A stretch of DNA of 64,000 bases from Patescibacteria group bacterium (GCA_048617235.1 JBMCHT010000002.1:63899-127898), one strand, 5' to 3'; counted from the first letter of the stretch, positions 19,554-29,196 are shown. The notes: generated from the sequence alone by a model not told the origin. Translations and numbers: made by a program.

Positions 19554-21038
19554 ATGATAAATGCTTTTATTAGAAAAACTCCTCCGGTAACAGACATTTT
19601 AAAAGAGGCCAACGACTTAAATTCTGAAGCCAAAACTCTAATAACCAAGGCTTATGATTATGCCGAAAAAGCTCACCGAAATCAGAAACGAATGTCCGGC
19701 GAACCCTATTTTAATCATGTAGTGGAAACAGCCAAAACTTTGGCCGAATTAAAAGCTGATGCCGATACCATTGCCGCCGGCCTTTTACATGATGTGGTGG
19801 AAGATACTCCGATTACTGAAGAAGAACTAAGTCAAGAATTTAATTCCACTATCTGTAAATTGGTCGCCGGAGTAACTAAATTGGGTACTTTAAAATATCA
19901 AGGCCAAAAACGCCATGTTGAAAGCTTGCGTAAGTTATTTATAGCCATGGCCTCGGATATTCGAGTGATAATGATTAAACTGGCCGACAGACTTCATAAT
20001 GTTAAAACTTTGGAATATGTCAAACCGGAAAAAAGAAAAAGAATTGCTCTGGAAACCATAGAAATATATGCTCCTTTAGCTAATCGTTTAGGTATTGGCC
20101 GACTACGCGGACCATTGGAAGATTATAGTTTTCCTTTTGTTTACCCCGAAGAGTATAAGAAAGTAATGCGTTTGCGTAAAACCAAATCCAAAAATACACT
20201 CAAGCAATTAAAAAAAGTGGCTCGATCTATTCAGGAAAGCATAATTAAAGAAGGAATAACCGATTTTGATATTGATTACCGAGTTAAACATATTTACAGT
20301 CTATATAATAAATTAAAAAGAAAGAATATGGATATAGATCAAATATATGACCTAACCGCTCTTCGAATTATTCTACCCAATCAAACAGACTGTTATCGAG
20401 TTTTAGGTTTAATTCATTCTCTTTGGCGACCGGTACCCGGAAAATTAAAAGACTATATTTCCAATCCTAAACATAACAATTACCGCTCTATTCATACCAC
20501 CGTTTTTACCGGTGACGGCAACATCTCTGAAATTCAAATCCGAGATCGACAAATGCACACTGAAGCCGAATATGGAGTGGCTTCTCATTTATTTTATGAT
20601 GAGACCGGTAAACCCAAAACCGGTGGCCAAGCACCAACCGGTAAATTGAGTTGGATAACTGAATTAGCCAAATGGCAAGAAGTCGCTTCCGAATCCGAAG
20701 AATTTATTAATACTTTGAAATCGGACTTTTTTCAAAATAGAATTTTTACTTTTACTCCCCGTGGCGAAGTAATAGAATTGCCAACCGATGCTATCGCTTT
20801 GGATTTTGCTTATGCCATCCATTCAGATGTTGGTCATCAAGCAGTGGGAGCTACTATTAACGGTAAATATAGTTCCCTGACCACCGTTTTACAAAATAAC
20901 GATATTATTCAAATAGAAACCAAAAAAGATACCCACCCTACCAGAAAATGGCTGGAACAAGTAAAAACCTCTACCGCCAGACGACATATCAAACAATATT
21001 TAACTAAAACCGATCCGGAATTTCAGACTACAAACTAA
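19554..21038 (+). CDS. (p)ppGpp synthetase/hydrolase RelA/SpoT family (short form with HD and synthetase domains, no TGS/ACT)
   Basis: An HD motif (AHRNQKRMSGEPYFNHV...LLHDVVEDT) and the synthetase region (RVKHIYSLYNKL...DLTALRII). Confidence 0.85.
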   Translation: MINAFIRKTPPVTDILKEANDLNSEAKTLITKAYDYAEKAHRNQKRMSGEPYFNHVVETAKTLAELKADADTIAAGLLHDVVEDTPITEEELSQEFNSTICKLVAGVTKLGTLKYQGQKRHVESLRKLFIAMASDIRVIMIKLADRLHNVKTLEYVKPEKRKRIALETIEIYAPLANRLGIGRLRGPLEDYSFPFVYPEEYKKVMRLRKTKSKNTLKQLKKVARSIQESIIKEGITDFDIDYRVKHIYSLYNKLKRKNMDIDQIYDLTALRIILPNQTDCYRVLGLIHSLWRPVPGKLKDYISNPKHNNYRSIHTTVFTGDGNISEIQIRDRQMHTEAEYGVASHLFYDETGKPKTGGQAPTGKLSWITELAKWQEVASESEEFINTLKSDFFQNRIFTFTPRGEVIELPTDAIALDFAYAIHSDVGHQAVGATINGKYSSLTTVLQNNDIIQIETKKDTHPTRKWLEQVKTSTARRHIKQYLTKTDPEFQTTN

Positions 21039-22002
21039 ACCGACTAATAGCATAAAGATCATCATCAGTTTGAGCCGGTGGCTCAAATAATTCTTTTGGT
21101 AATTGACTGGTAAATAATTCTCCGGGCAAAATTGTTACTTTTTTTTCTTCCATTTGCTCCCCTTTGGCTTTTATTTTACCGGCCGCCATCAAAGTTAAAA
21201 TTTTTTCCAAATCCTCTTCAGAAAAGAAATCAATTGTTACTTTTCCTCCGGCCTCTTTCTTCTCCACTCGAACTCGGGTGCCAAATTTATCAGATAATTT
21301 TTCTTCCATTTCCAAAATTTCCGGTGGAATCATAATTTCTTTTTTTCTAACTCTTTCAGTGGCTATCCGCTTGGAAATATTTTCCGCTTCTCGAACAGTC
21401 ATTTTTTTTATCATTATCTCCTTAAATAAAGTCATTTGTTCTTCCGGTCTTTCACTTAACATTAATATTGGTCGCCCATGACCTTCAGTTATTTTACCGG
21501 TCATTATGGCATCCAATATCTCCTGGGGTAAAACCAGTAGACGAATAGTATTGGAAACATATTCTCGACTACGACCAACCTTTTTGGCTATTTCTCCATG
21601 CTTTAAATTAAATTCTTTCGCCAACTGCTGAAAAGCTTTAGCTCTATCTATGGGATTTAAATCTTCTCTTTGAAGGTTTTCAATAATAGCCATCTCCAAC
21701 TTCATCTTATCCGTTTGTTCTCCGGTTCTAATAATAGCCGGCACATGAGATAAACCGGCTATTCTAGAAGCCCGCCATCTCCTTTCTCCGGCTATTATTT
21801 CATATTCTACCATTAAGCCATCATCTCTTTCTATTTCTTGACGAGTAACTACCAAAGGTTGCAATACTCCATACTGTCTAATAGAATCTGCTAAACTATT
21901 TAAAGCTTCTTGGTTGAATTCTTTTCTAGGTTGGAAAGGATTTGGTTTTATTTTCTCCACCTCTATCCAAAAAACCGAATTATTATAAGCAGGATCATTC
22001 AT
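21028..22002 (-). CDS. parB: ParB/Spo0J chromosome-partitioning protein
   Basis: The ParB box IKPNPFQPRKEF...GVLQPLVV and an HTH (GEIAKKVGRSREYVSNTIRLL). It overlaps the relA/spoT stop convergently. Confidence 0.85.
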   Translation of the reverse strand: MNDPAYNNSVFWIEVEKIKPNPFQPRKEFNQEALNSLADSIRQYGVLQPLVVTRQEIERDDGLMVEYEIIAGERRWRASRIAGLSHVPAIIRTGEQTDKMKLEMAIIENLQREDLNPIDRAKAFQQLAKEFNLKHGEIAKKVGRSREYVSNTIRLLVLPQEILDAIMTGKITEGHGRPILMLSERPEEQMTLFKEIMIKKMTVREAENISKRIATERVRKKEIMIPPEILEMEEKLSDKFGTRVRVEKKEAGGKVTIDFFSEEDLEKILTLMAAGKIKAKGEQMEEKKVTILPGELFTSQLPKELFEPPAQTDDDLYAISRFSL

Positions 22003-22121
22003 AATATTTATTATTATGAATCTATTTTAACATATTTTAATTAAGAACAAAAAACAATCGGCTAAAAACCAAATTTTGGTTCGCGTAATTTTTAATATTA
22101 ATTTCTTTTAGATTTAAATTG

Positions 22122-22203
22122 TGCCGGAGGAGGGACTTGAACCCTCACCTCTTGCGAGACACGATTTTGAGTCGTGCGCGTCTACCAATTCCGCCACTCC
22201 GGC
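22122..22203 (-). tRNA. tRNA-Leu (anticodon CAA), long variable arm
   Basis: Hand-folded: acceptor GCCGGAG/CTCCGGC, anticodon arm CACGA-CTCAAAA-TCGTG. Confidence 0.8.
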
Positions 22204-22284
22204 TATAAAAACTTATAATTAAGTATTTTTCAGTATAGAATCTTTAATAGTAAAAGTAAATAGTTTAAAATTGGTACCTATCCC

Positions 22285-22314
22285 TTGACAACAAGTAGTG
22301 TATTTTGGTAGTAT
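22285..22314 (+). promoter_or_regulatory. Sigma70-like promoter candidate upstream of the transposase (TTGACA, 18 nt, TAGTAT)
   Basis: A perfect -35 hexamer at 22285..22290 and a 4/6 -10 at 22309..22314, 29 nt upstream of the ATG. Confidence 0.25.
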
Positions 22315-22342
22315 GTATGTATAACAAGTTAATTATACCACT

Positions 22343-23146
22343 ATGAAATACACTATTAAAGATTTTAGAAAAGAGTTTCCCAATGATGATGTTTGTTTGG
22401 ACTACATCTTAAATAAGAAATATCCTGACTTAAAGGGCTATTACCGAGTAAAGGAGCGTAAATGTTATGCTAACTCTAAAGGTGGGCAAATTCACCCTGT
22501 TAAAGGCACTATTTTTGAGAAGTCTAGCACCCCTCTAACACTATGGTTTTACGCTATTTTCCTATTCTCTGTCTCTAAAAACGGAGTATCAGCTAAAGAG
22601 TTAGAGCGACAATTAGGTGTAACTTATAAATGTGCTTGGCGTATGGCTCACCAGATTAGAAAGCTAATGGATCAAGACGGTGATTTACTTATTGGTACAG
22701 TAGAAGTAGATGAGACTTATTTTGGTAAAAAAGGAAACCACGAGCAAAAGTTTAAAAACAAAACCGCTTTAATGGGTATGGTAGAGCGACAAGGTAAAGT
22801 TAGGGCTAATACTATTACCGCTCGTGAAGCTCATATCATCCTAAACCAGATTAAAGAAAATATCGGTCTAAACGCCAATATTATGTCTGATGAGTTTTCA
22901 ATTTATAAAAAGCTAAGTAAGTTAGGATATTCAAGTCAAAGAGTAAAACACGGAAAGAAAACCTATGTCCGAGGGAATGTTCACACCAATACTATTGAGG
23001 GCTTTTGGGGACAGTTAAAGCGAGGAATACGAGGGACTTATACTTTCGTATCAGCTACTCATTTACAGGCTTATGTGGACGGGTTTGCTTTTCGGTATAA
23101 TTATCGTCACGCTCCTGTTTTTGCGGAGTTGATTTCTCGTGTTTAA
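22343..23146 (+). mobile_element. IS1595-family (ISXO2-like) DDE transposase
   Basis: The C-terminal signature HTNTIEGFWGQLKRGIRGTYTFVSATHLQAYVDGFAFRYNYRH, the DDE region EVDETYFGKKG...MGMVERQGKV and an N-terminal Cys/His-poor zinc-ribbon-like segment. I could not resolve the terminal inverted repeats by eye. Confidence 0.8.
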
Positions 23147-23203
23147 TTGCTTTGTCTAAAAGTTTTTTAAACTTTGATTTTTGGTTGTTAGACTTATTAT
23201 TCA

Positions 23204-23422
23204 TTATATTTTTTCTAAGCCATCCTGAGAATAGGATTCTATATTACCATCAACATCACGAACGATTACAGCTATAGACTTAAAATCTTCACCGACATAT
23301 TGTGTTTCTCCTATATCCTCAACTATTTTTATCTCTGTTCTACTAATAAGAGAAAAAAGTAGTTTTTTCAAAAGCCCTCTTTTAGGACGTACTATTTCTC
23401 CTTTTTTAAATTTTTTTTCCAT
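23204..23422 (-). CDS. Hypothetical small soluble protein
   Basis: A 72-aa ORF that is the last gene of the minus-strand cassette. Confidence 0.4.
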   Translation of the reverse strand: MEKKFKKGEIVRPKRGLLKKLLFSLISRTEIKIVEDIGETQYVGEDFKSIAVIVRDVDGNIESYSQDGLEKI

Positions 23423-23442
23423 AATATTTAAATATAAACTAA

Positions 23443-23643
23443 TTACTTATTTTCAATTGCTCCAGTTATTAGACCCGCAATTACAGAAATTATAATTACA
23501 AAAACCCAACTAAAGGTTACGGCATCAATTACAAAAGTAATTGCCCATAAAATAAGAGCAATTAAGGGTATCCAAAATATAAGAGAAAATAAAGCGGATA
23601 TAAACATAATTATATATTTATTTTCTACTATTCCTCCAGCCAA
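23443..23643 (-). CDS. Hypothetical 2-TM small membrane protein
   Basis: 66 aa, strongly hydrophobic. It overlaps the upstream ORF by 26 nt. Confidence 0.4.
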   Translation of the reverse strand: MAGGIVENKYIIMFISALFSLIFWIPLIALILWAITFVIDAVTFSWVFVIIISVIAGLITGAIENK

Positions 23644-23815
23644 TAGTATAGAAAATTAGTAAAAACGGAAAAAATAACACAGCAAGAATGGACAGTAAAG
23701 CTAAGCCCGATGATTCTTGTTCAAGTGCCATAAAAAACGGAATTGTAGATACCAAGGTAGCCAAAACACCAAATACCCATAAAACTATAAGTTGTCCTTT
23801 TGAAATTTTATACAT
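23618..23815 (-). CDS. Hypothetical 2-TM small membrane protein
   Basis: 65 aa and hydrophobic. Confidence 0.4.
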   Translation of the reverse strand: MYKISKGQLIVLWVFGVLATLVSTIPFFMALEQESSGLALLSILAVLFFPFLLIFYTIGWRNSRK

Positions 23816-23837
23816 TATTTAAATCTTAACACTTTTA

Positions 23838-24353
23838 TTAACCAATTTCTATTCCTACTACTTTTAGTAAAAATAACCAAATAGCACCACTAGTTAATAC
23901 TGCAGTAATTATTGTAACGACCATATGGGTAAGTGAGGGAAAAACACCTGCTATATACTTCCACCAAAAGTATACAGGACTTAAGATTTCCTCACCTTTG
24001 TCGTAAGATACTTGTATTTTTCTTTGACTAGTATTTATATGATCTATATTTGATTCACAAAAATCTTCATTTTTATCAGCTAAAATAAAGTTATCTTCTA
24101 TGCAAGACTGAAGTACTCTTTTATAATCAGTTATAAAATCAATATCATCTTGATTTCTTTTATATCTTTGAAGTAAATAATTTAATAACTCATTTTCAAA
24201 TATGTAATGATCCCCTTCATTTATCATTATATAAACTTCTTTAAAAGTAGAATTACTGCTTTGTCTCATATGTTCGCTACTATTTTTCATTGACTCCTTA
24301 GAGACGCAATCTAAATCTTTTACAAGTTTTCTTTGTTTAAATAAGTTGGCCAT
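23838..24353 (-). CDS. Hypothetical protein with a C-terminal TM anchor
   Basis: 171 aa with a soluble N-terminal domain and a C-terminal TM (VTIITAVLTSGAIWLFLL). Confidence 0.5.
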   Translation of the reverse strand: MANLFKQRKLVKDLDCVSKESMKNSSEHMRQSSNSTFKEVYIMINEGDHYIFENELLNYLLQRYKRNQDDIDFITDYKRVLQSCIEDNFILADKNEDFCESNIDHINTSQRKIQVSYDKGEEILSPVYFWWKYIAGVFPSLTHMVVTIITAVLTSGAIWLFLLKVVGIEIG

Positions 24354-24404
24354 TCTCTTTATCCTACCAAATATCCCCTTACTTGTCGAGAGGGTATAAG
24401 TACC

Positions 24405-25190
24405 TTAAAATTGGTCTCTTTTTTCCTCACCAACATTTTTTACAAAATTTTCATTATACCAAGATAAAACATCATCTGAAGCTTGATTTAAAAAAGACCT
24501 AACTTCAGTTTGAACTGAAACATCAATTAAATTTTTATGAGAAAACAAATCTTGTGGTTTTTTTTCAAGACCTAAAACCTTACGAATTCGACTATTATAA
24601 ATATCCGGATCGCCTCCTAATCCATAAAAAATGTTTCCCCCAAAAACATTCTCTAATAATTTATCATCTGAAGAGGTAATTAAACTAACAGCAACAATAT
24701 CAAAAGAAATGCCTAAGGACTGCAAAGCTTGAGTTAAAGGCAATAAAGAACTACCCGTAGCTATTGTATCTGTAATTATTAATACCCGCCCATCATCACC
24801 TAAAACATAATCATCTTTTTTCTGCCTTAAAAAATCTTCAATTTCAATTTTCTTTATTTCTCCCCTTCTTTGTTTTTTAATATTTGTTATACCTAAACCA
24901 TCAGGCATTATTAAACCTCCTGAACCAGCTATAAAATGAGTTACCGGATCTTGATAACCTTGACGATTATAAATATCTTTTATAATTCGACGCAAAAACA
25001 TAGTTGGCAACCTACCGGAGATATCATCTCCTATCAACATTTTATATTGTCCTTTTTCTAGCCGTTCTCTAAATTTAGGCTTCTGTAGAATATTTTTAAA
25101 AGAGATGACCATTTCTTTGGCCACGCATTTCAAGGTTTCTTTTTTATTAGCAGATAAAGGTTTATTATCTAAATAAGAAAATTCTTTCAT
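24405..25190 (-). CDS. Phosphoribosyltransferase (type I PRTase)-fold protein of unknown specificity
   Basis: The PRPP-binding loop GRVLIITDTIATGSSLLPLTQALQSLGISFDIVAVSL matches the hhhhD[DT]xxxTG[GS][ST] pattern. It has no ComF-type N-terminal Cys ribbon and sits at about 25% GC. Confidence 0.6.
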   Translation of the reverse strand: MKEFSYLDNKPLSANKKETLKCVAKEMVISFKNILQKPKFRERLEKGQYKMLIGDDISGRLPTMFLRRIIKDIYNRQGYQDPVTHFIAGSGGLIMPDGLGITNIKKQRRGEIKKIEIEDFLRQKKDDYVLGDDGRVLIITDTIATGSSLLPLTQALQSLGISFDIVAVSLITSSDDKLLENVFGGNIFYGLGGDPDIYNSRIRKVLGLEKKPQDLFSHKNLIDVSVQTEVRSFLNQASDDVLSWYNENFVKNVGEEKRDQF

Positions 25191-25251
25191 ATATGGTTAA
25201 TAATTTTATAATCTTATTTACTCTTTGTAAACCTTAAGTTAAAATTAAAAA

Positions 25252-26160
25252 ATGAAAGAAGAGATAAACAACAAAAAACCAATCTTGGTTATAGTCGGAT
25301 CCACATCTACCGGTAAAAGCCAATTGGCAGTAGATTTGGCTTTAAAATTAAATGGGGAAGTAATTTCCGCCGATTCTCGACAAGTTTATAAAGGATTAGA
25401 TTTAGGAACCGGCAAGATTACTCCAACCGAACAACAAGGCATACCCCATCATTTGTTGAATGTAGTCAAACCGGCAGAAACTTTCAGTGCTCACCACTTT
25501 CGTCAATTAGCCGAAATAATACTTATGGATATCTGGCACAGAGAACGCCAACCTTTGGTAGCCGGAGGCACCGGTTGGTACATTAAGAATTTAATAGATA
25601 GACCGAATCTACCAACCGTCCCCCCTAATCCTCAACTAAGATCCGAATTGGAACTTTTATCTACCATTGATCTTTATTCCAAATTGGTCAGTTTAGATAA
25701 AACCAGAGCCGATAATATAGATAAAAATAACAAACCTCGTTTAATCAGGGCTATAGAAATAGCTATGGCTTTAGGCCAATCTCCTACTCTCAAAGATTTA
25801 TCAGGGGCACCTTATCCGGCTATTTATCTGGGCTTGGATTTACCTGATAAAATTCTAAAAGAAAAAATTAACAAACGCCTAGCAGACCGCTTAGACGCCG
25901 GCTTAATTGAAGAAGTACGCTCCTTAAAAAAACAAGGCTTACCGGAGAAAAGACTTTATGATTTAGGTTTGGAATATCGTTATATTAACTGGCATTTAAC
26001 CGGCGAAATGGATTTATTAAATATGATTAAAAAACTCCAAATGGCTATTTGGCACTATGCCAAAAGACAAAGAACTTGGTTCAAAAAACAACCAAATATT
26101 CACTGGTTAGATTCCAATAAAGATTACACGGAACAAAGTTTGGAAATTATTGAAAATTAA
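25252..26160 (+). CDS. miaA: tRNA dimethylallyltransferase
   Basis: A P-loop GSTSTGKS and the SADSRQVYKGLDLGTGK motif. Confidence 0.9.
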   Translation: MKEEINNKKPILVIVGSTSTGKSQLAVDLALKLNGEVISADSRQVYKGLDLGTGKITPTEQQGIPHHLLNVVKPAETFSAHHFRQLAEIILMDIWHRERQPLVAGGTGWYIKNLIDRPNLPTVPPNPQLRSELELLSTIDLYSKLVSLDKTRADNIDKNNKPRLIRAIEIAMALGQSPTLKDLSGAPYPAIYLGLDLPDKILKEKINKRLADRLDAGLIEEVRSLKKQGLPEKRLYDLGLEYRYINWHLTGEMDLLNMIKKLQMAIWHYAKRQRTWFKKQPNIHWLDSNKDYTEQSLEIIEN

Positions 26161-26492
26161 TTATCAATCTCTTTTATTTGTTTTTTTATTTCCTCCACCT
26201 TCTCATCATCTATTTTTTCTAGTTTCTCTTTAATTAATTTTTCTGCCACTTCTTGTTGTTGAACTGCCAACTTTTCCCAATCTTTTTCTTGTTCTGCCTC
26301 AAATTCATCAAAATCTTTCATCATATCATTTAACATCATCCTTTCATTTTCTAAAGACGAAATAATTTGATCTATCGCCACCTCAGACATTTCTTCTAGT
26401 TTTTCCAAAATTAAATTTTTAATGTCGTCTTTAATAGGAGAAAAAGCTAACAATTCACCTAAATAAATTGCCTTGGATTTTGTTAATGCCAT
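26157..26492 (-). CDS. Hypothetical acidic coiled-coil protein
   Basis: 111 aa and E/K-rich. Confidence 0.45.
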   Translation of the reverse strand: MALTKSKAIYLGELLAFSPIKDDIKNLILEKLEEMSEVAIDQIISSLENERMMLNDMMKDFDEFEAEQEKDWEKLAVQQQEVAEKLIKEKLEKIDDEKVEEIKKQIKEIDN

Positions 26493-26512
26493 AATGTTTT
26501 ATTTTTAATTAC

Positions 26513-28009
26513 TTATTTTGACCACCAAGAATTTACACCGGAATCTCGACCGGTTATCTTTGCTGTAACCGAAGCCAAGGAATCTCCAATTCCACCGGCC
26601 ACATATCTTTTATACCACTGTGGATCCAAATTTTTTCTAATTAGAGAATTGAATTTTAATAAACTAATATCCATCTTGGTTGCTCGCATAACTCTCAAAT
26701 AGATTTTTATATCCTGTCTCAATTGATCTAATTTACCTTCCGCTAAAATATTTTCTCCTTGATAATTCTTAGCCGACAAATCTTTATATTCACGAGTTAA
26801 TCTTGCTTTTAATTTACCAATCACGGCTTCAGTTATTTGATCTTCTATTTCACTATTTTGCTTTTCTCTCTCTTTAAATATTTCGGTTTTAATATTTTCT
26901 TTAAAAGAATCAATTTCTTCCTCGGTTAAATCGTCCGGGGTTTTTTCTCTTTCTACACCCTTATCTTCATCATAAATTTTTTCTTTTTCTTCTTCGGGTT
27001 TTTCTTCAGAAAATAATTCTTTAATCATTTCATTTAGCTTGGCATCTACTTCATCGTCTGTTATTTCCCTTTGCTCATCTATAAATAAACTAACTCTTTC
27101 TTTTATTAATTTATCAGCTTCATTGGTTACTTGACGAAATCTTTCAGCTTGGCGAATATTTATTTTATTTAAAGAAAAATAACTTTTAATTTGATTAAAA
27201 CGCCTTTTTAAAGCTTTAGGTTGCAAATTCTCCATTTTTTCTTTTGTCTTTTTAACTAAATCAGCAAAAACGGACTTTTCCATAACCTCATTATCTTCAG
27301 CCGATTCTGATGATTCTTTCTTATCTGCCATTTCTTCTTCTGTATCAGCTACTATTTCTTTTTCCGCCACAAATAATTCCCAAACCTTATTTCTAATACC
27401 ATAGGTTCTGGTGATGGTGTTATTTTGAAAAAGTCCATCCCTTATTTTTTCAGCCGATCTTACATTCTCTATTAAAGTAATAAGATTTGTTGCTGAATAG
27501 ACCCCTGTTGTTCCTTTAATTTTTCCTATTTCTCTTAAAACATCATATAATTCTTCAAAACTTTTAGTTTGGTTTATTTTTTCTGCATTCTCAACCTCAA
27601 TTTGATTTTCTTTTTCTAAATCTTCGGTTGTTTTTGGTTCTGCCGGTTTAAACTCTTCTTCTTTAGATTTAAAATAGGAGATACCTTTTCCTTCTAAAAG
27701 ATCTTTTTTTCTTTCCCACTCCCTGATTTCTTCTTCCAACCGAAGTACATTTTGTTCCTGAAGTGAAGAGCCGGTCTCCCCCATTAATTTATAAGGCGGA
27801 TTATGTTTACCGGATTCCCAATCTTGTAATTCTTGCCTTAAATTATTTATTTTACCTTTTATTTCATCTAAAGATTCAGAAGGGAAATTCTCCGGTGCCA
27901 TTTCTTTTATAACCTCGCCCGCTTTATTGGGATCATAACCATGATTTATTTCTTCTTGATCTTCATCTTCTTGATTATATAAAAAAGAATTTTCAGTATT
28001 AATTTTCAT
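26513..28009 (-). CDS. Hypothetical highly charged (E/K-rich) protein
   Basis: 498 aa at about 30% GC, with a conserved-looking C-terminus YKRYVAGGIGDSLASVTAKITGRDSGVNSWWSK. Confidence 0.5.
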   Translation of the reverse strand: MKINTENSFLYNQEDEDQEEINHGYDPNKAGEVIKEMAPENFPSESLDEIKGKINNLRQELQDWESGKHNPPYKLMGETGSSLQEQNVLRLEEEIREWERKKDLLEGKGISYFKSKEEEFKPAEPKTTEDLEKENQIEVENAEKINQTKSFEELYDVLREIGKIKGTTGVYSATNLITLIENVRSAEKIRDGLFQNNTITRTYGIRNKVWELFVAEKEIVADTEEEMADKKESSESAEDNEVMEKSVFADLVKKTKEKMENLQPKALKRRFNQIKSYFSLNKINIRQAERFRQVTNEADKLIKERVSLFIDEQREITDDEVDAKLNEMIKELFSEEKPEEEKEKIYDEDKGVEREKTPDDLTEEEIDSFKENIKTEIFKEREKQNSEIEDQITEAVIGKLKARLTREYKDLSAKNYQGENILAEGKLDQLRQDIKIYLRVMRATKMDISLLKFNSLIRKNLDPQWYKRYVAGGIGDSLASVTAKITGRDSGVNSWWSK

Positions 28010-28056
28010 AAATATTAGTAATTATACTATATCACATAATAAAGAATCGAAACAGG

Positions 28057-28128
28057 CGGGTCCACGAGGATTCGAACCTCGATCGTCGGTTTTGGAGACC
28101 GAAATTCTAGCCATTGAACTATGGACCC
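28057..28128 (-). tRNA. tRNA-Trp (anticodon CCA)
   Basis: Hand-folded: acceptor GGGTCCA/TGGACCC, anticodon arm TCGGT-CTCCAAA-ACCGA. Confidence 0.8.
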
Positions 28129-28149
28129 AAAGACTTCTGTATTCTATCA

Positions 28150-28193
28150 CGGTTAAAAAATAAAAAGCAAACCCGCCTTTGGTGAAGGCGGGT
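28150..28193 (-). terminator. Rho-independent terminator for the RRM gene
   Basis: On the minus strand, a GC stem cccgcc/ggcggg is followed by a T-run (tttgctttttatttttt). Confidence 0.55.
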
Positions 28194-28217
28194 AGCTTAA
28201 TAAAATAAGGATTAAAC

Positions 28218-28475
28218 TTATCGATTTTCTCGAGGACGAGCTTCGTTGACTACCAAGGTTCTACCACCGAAATCTTTATCATTCCACATTTCGATAGCTT
28301 TGTTGGCTTCATCGGAATTTTCAAATTCCACAAAACCAAAACCTTTAGATCGTCCCGTTTCCCTATCCTTGATGATAATAGCAGAAGCTACAGTACCGGC
28401 TTTAGCAAAAGCCTCTTCTAATTCTCCTTCAGAAGTACTGTAAGGCAATCCGCCTACAAATAATTTAGTCATCAA
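28218..28475 (-). CDS. RRM-type RNA-binding protein
   Basis: RNP2 KLFVGGL and RNP1 KGFGFVEF motifs. Confidence 0.85.
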   Translation of the reverse strand: MMTKLFVGGLPYSTSEGELEEAFAKAGTVASAIIIKDRETGRSKGFGFVEFENSDEANKAIEMWNDKDFGGRTLVVNEARPRENR

Positions 28476-28636
28476 TAGATATTGTTTACTTTGTTAAAAC
28501 ACGTCAAGCGACCAGGTTTCCGGCCTTAGTCATCTGAAGCATCATAAACAAAAAAGAAAACGAGCTTTGGAAACTAAGCACAAAAACACTTTTAACGTGT
28601 CAATACTATAGCAGTAAATAAAAATAAAAGCAATGT

Positions 28637-28795
28637 TTATTTCTTCATCTCTTTATGAGGCTCAGACTGACGACACCATTTGCAGTATTTTTTCAATTCA
28701 ATCTTTCTTTCCACTTTTTTGCGGTTTTTACGAGTCCAATAATTTATACGCTTACATTTCTGACAAGCTAGTTTTATTAGATGATCTTGCGACAT
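28637..28795 (-). CDS. rpmG: 50S ribosomal protein L33
   Basis: I translated it by hand: MSQDHLIKLACQKCKRINYWTRKNRKKVERKIELKKYCKWCRQSEPHKEMKK. It is below the ORF-track size cutoff. Confidence 0.8.
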   Translation of the reverse strand: MSQDHLIKLACQKCKRINYWTRKNRKKVERKIELKKYCKWCRQSEPHKEMKK

Positions 28796-28891
28796 AATAT
28801 ATTATAATTTAATCTTCAATAACCTTGTTACTATAACAGATTTTATAAAAAAAGCCAGGGCTTCTTTAAACCTATCTTCACCTCGTTTGGG

Positions 28892-28973
28892 TGGGCGAGA
28901 GAGGACTCGAACCTCCACGGATTACTCCACTAGTTCCTAAAACTAGCGCGTCTACCAATTCCGCCACTCGCCC
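28892..28973 (-). tRNA. tRNA-Leu (anticodon TAG)
   Basis: Hand-folded: acceptor GGGCGAG/CTCGCCC, anticodon arm CTAGT-TTTAGGA-ACTAG, and a long variable arm. Confidence 0.8.
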
Positions 28974-29112
28974 ATTTTTAGAATTTTATTCTAATACGAT
29001 TTAAATAATAAAACAACAAAAAAATCTCACTAAACCTCAGCCAGCTATTTTGGGTAAGTAGCTCCGACCACCAAAGCACAATTATTCTTTTGTCTGACTG
29101 AGATAAAATAGG

Positions 29113-29196
29113 TGCGCCGGGCAGGATTTGAACCTGCGTAGCCCTAAGGGCGATGGATTTACAGTCCATTGCAATTGACCACTCTGCCACCGACGC
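29113..29196 (-). tRNA. tRNA-Tyr (anticodon GTA)
   Basis: Hand-folded: acceptor GCGTCGG/CCGGCGC, anticodon arm ATGGA-CTGTAAA-TCCAT, and a long variable arm. Confidence 0.75.

Noticed and set aside
22207-23200. Precise IS1595 element boundaries and inverted repeats
   Set aside because: Only a weak 9-bp imperfect inverted match (agtttaaaa) was found by eye. That is not enough to assert coordinates, so I reported the transposase only.
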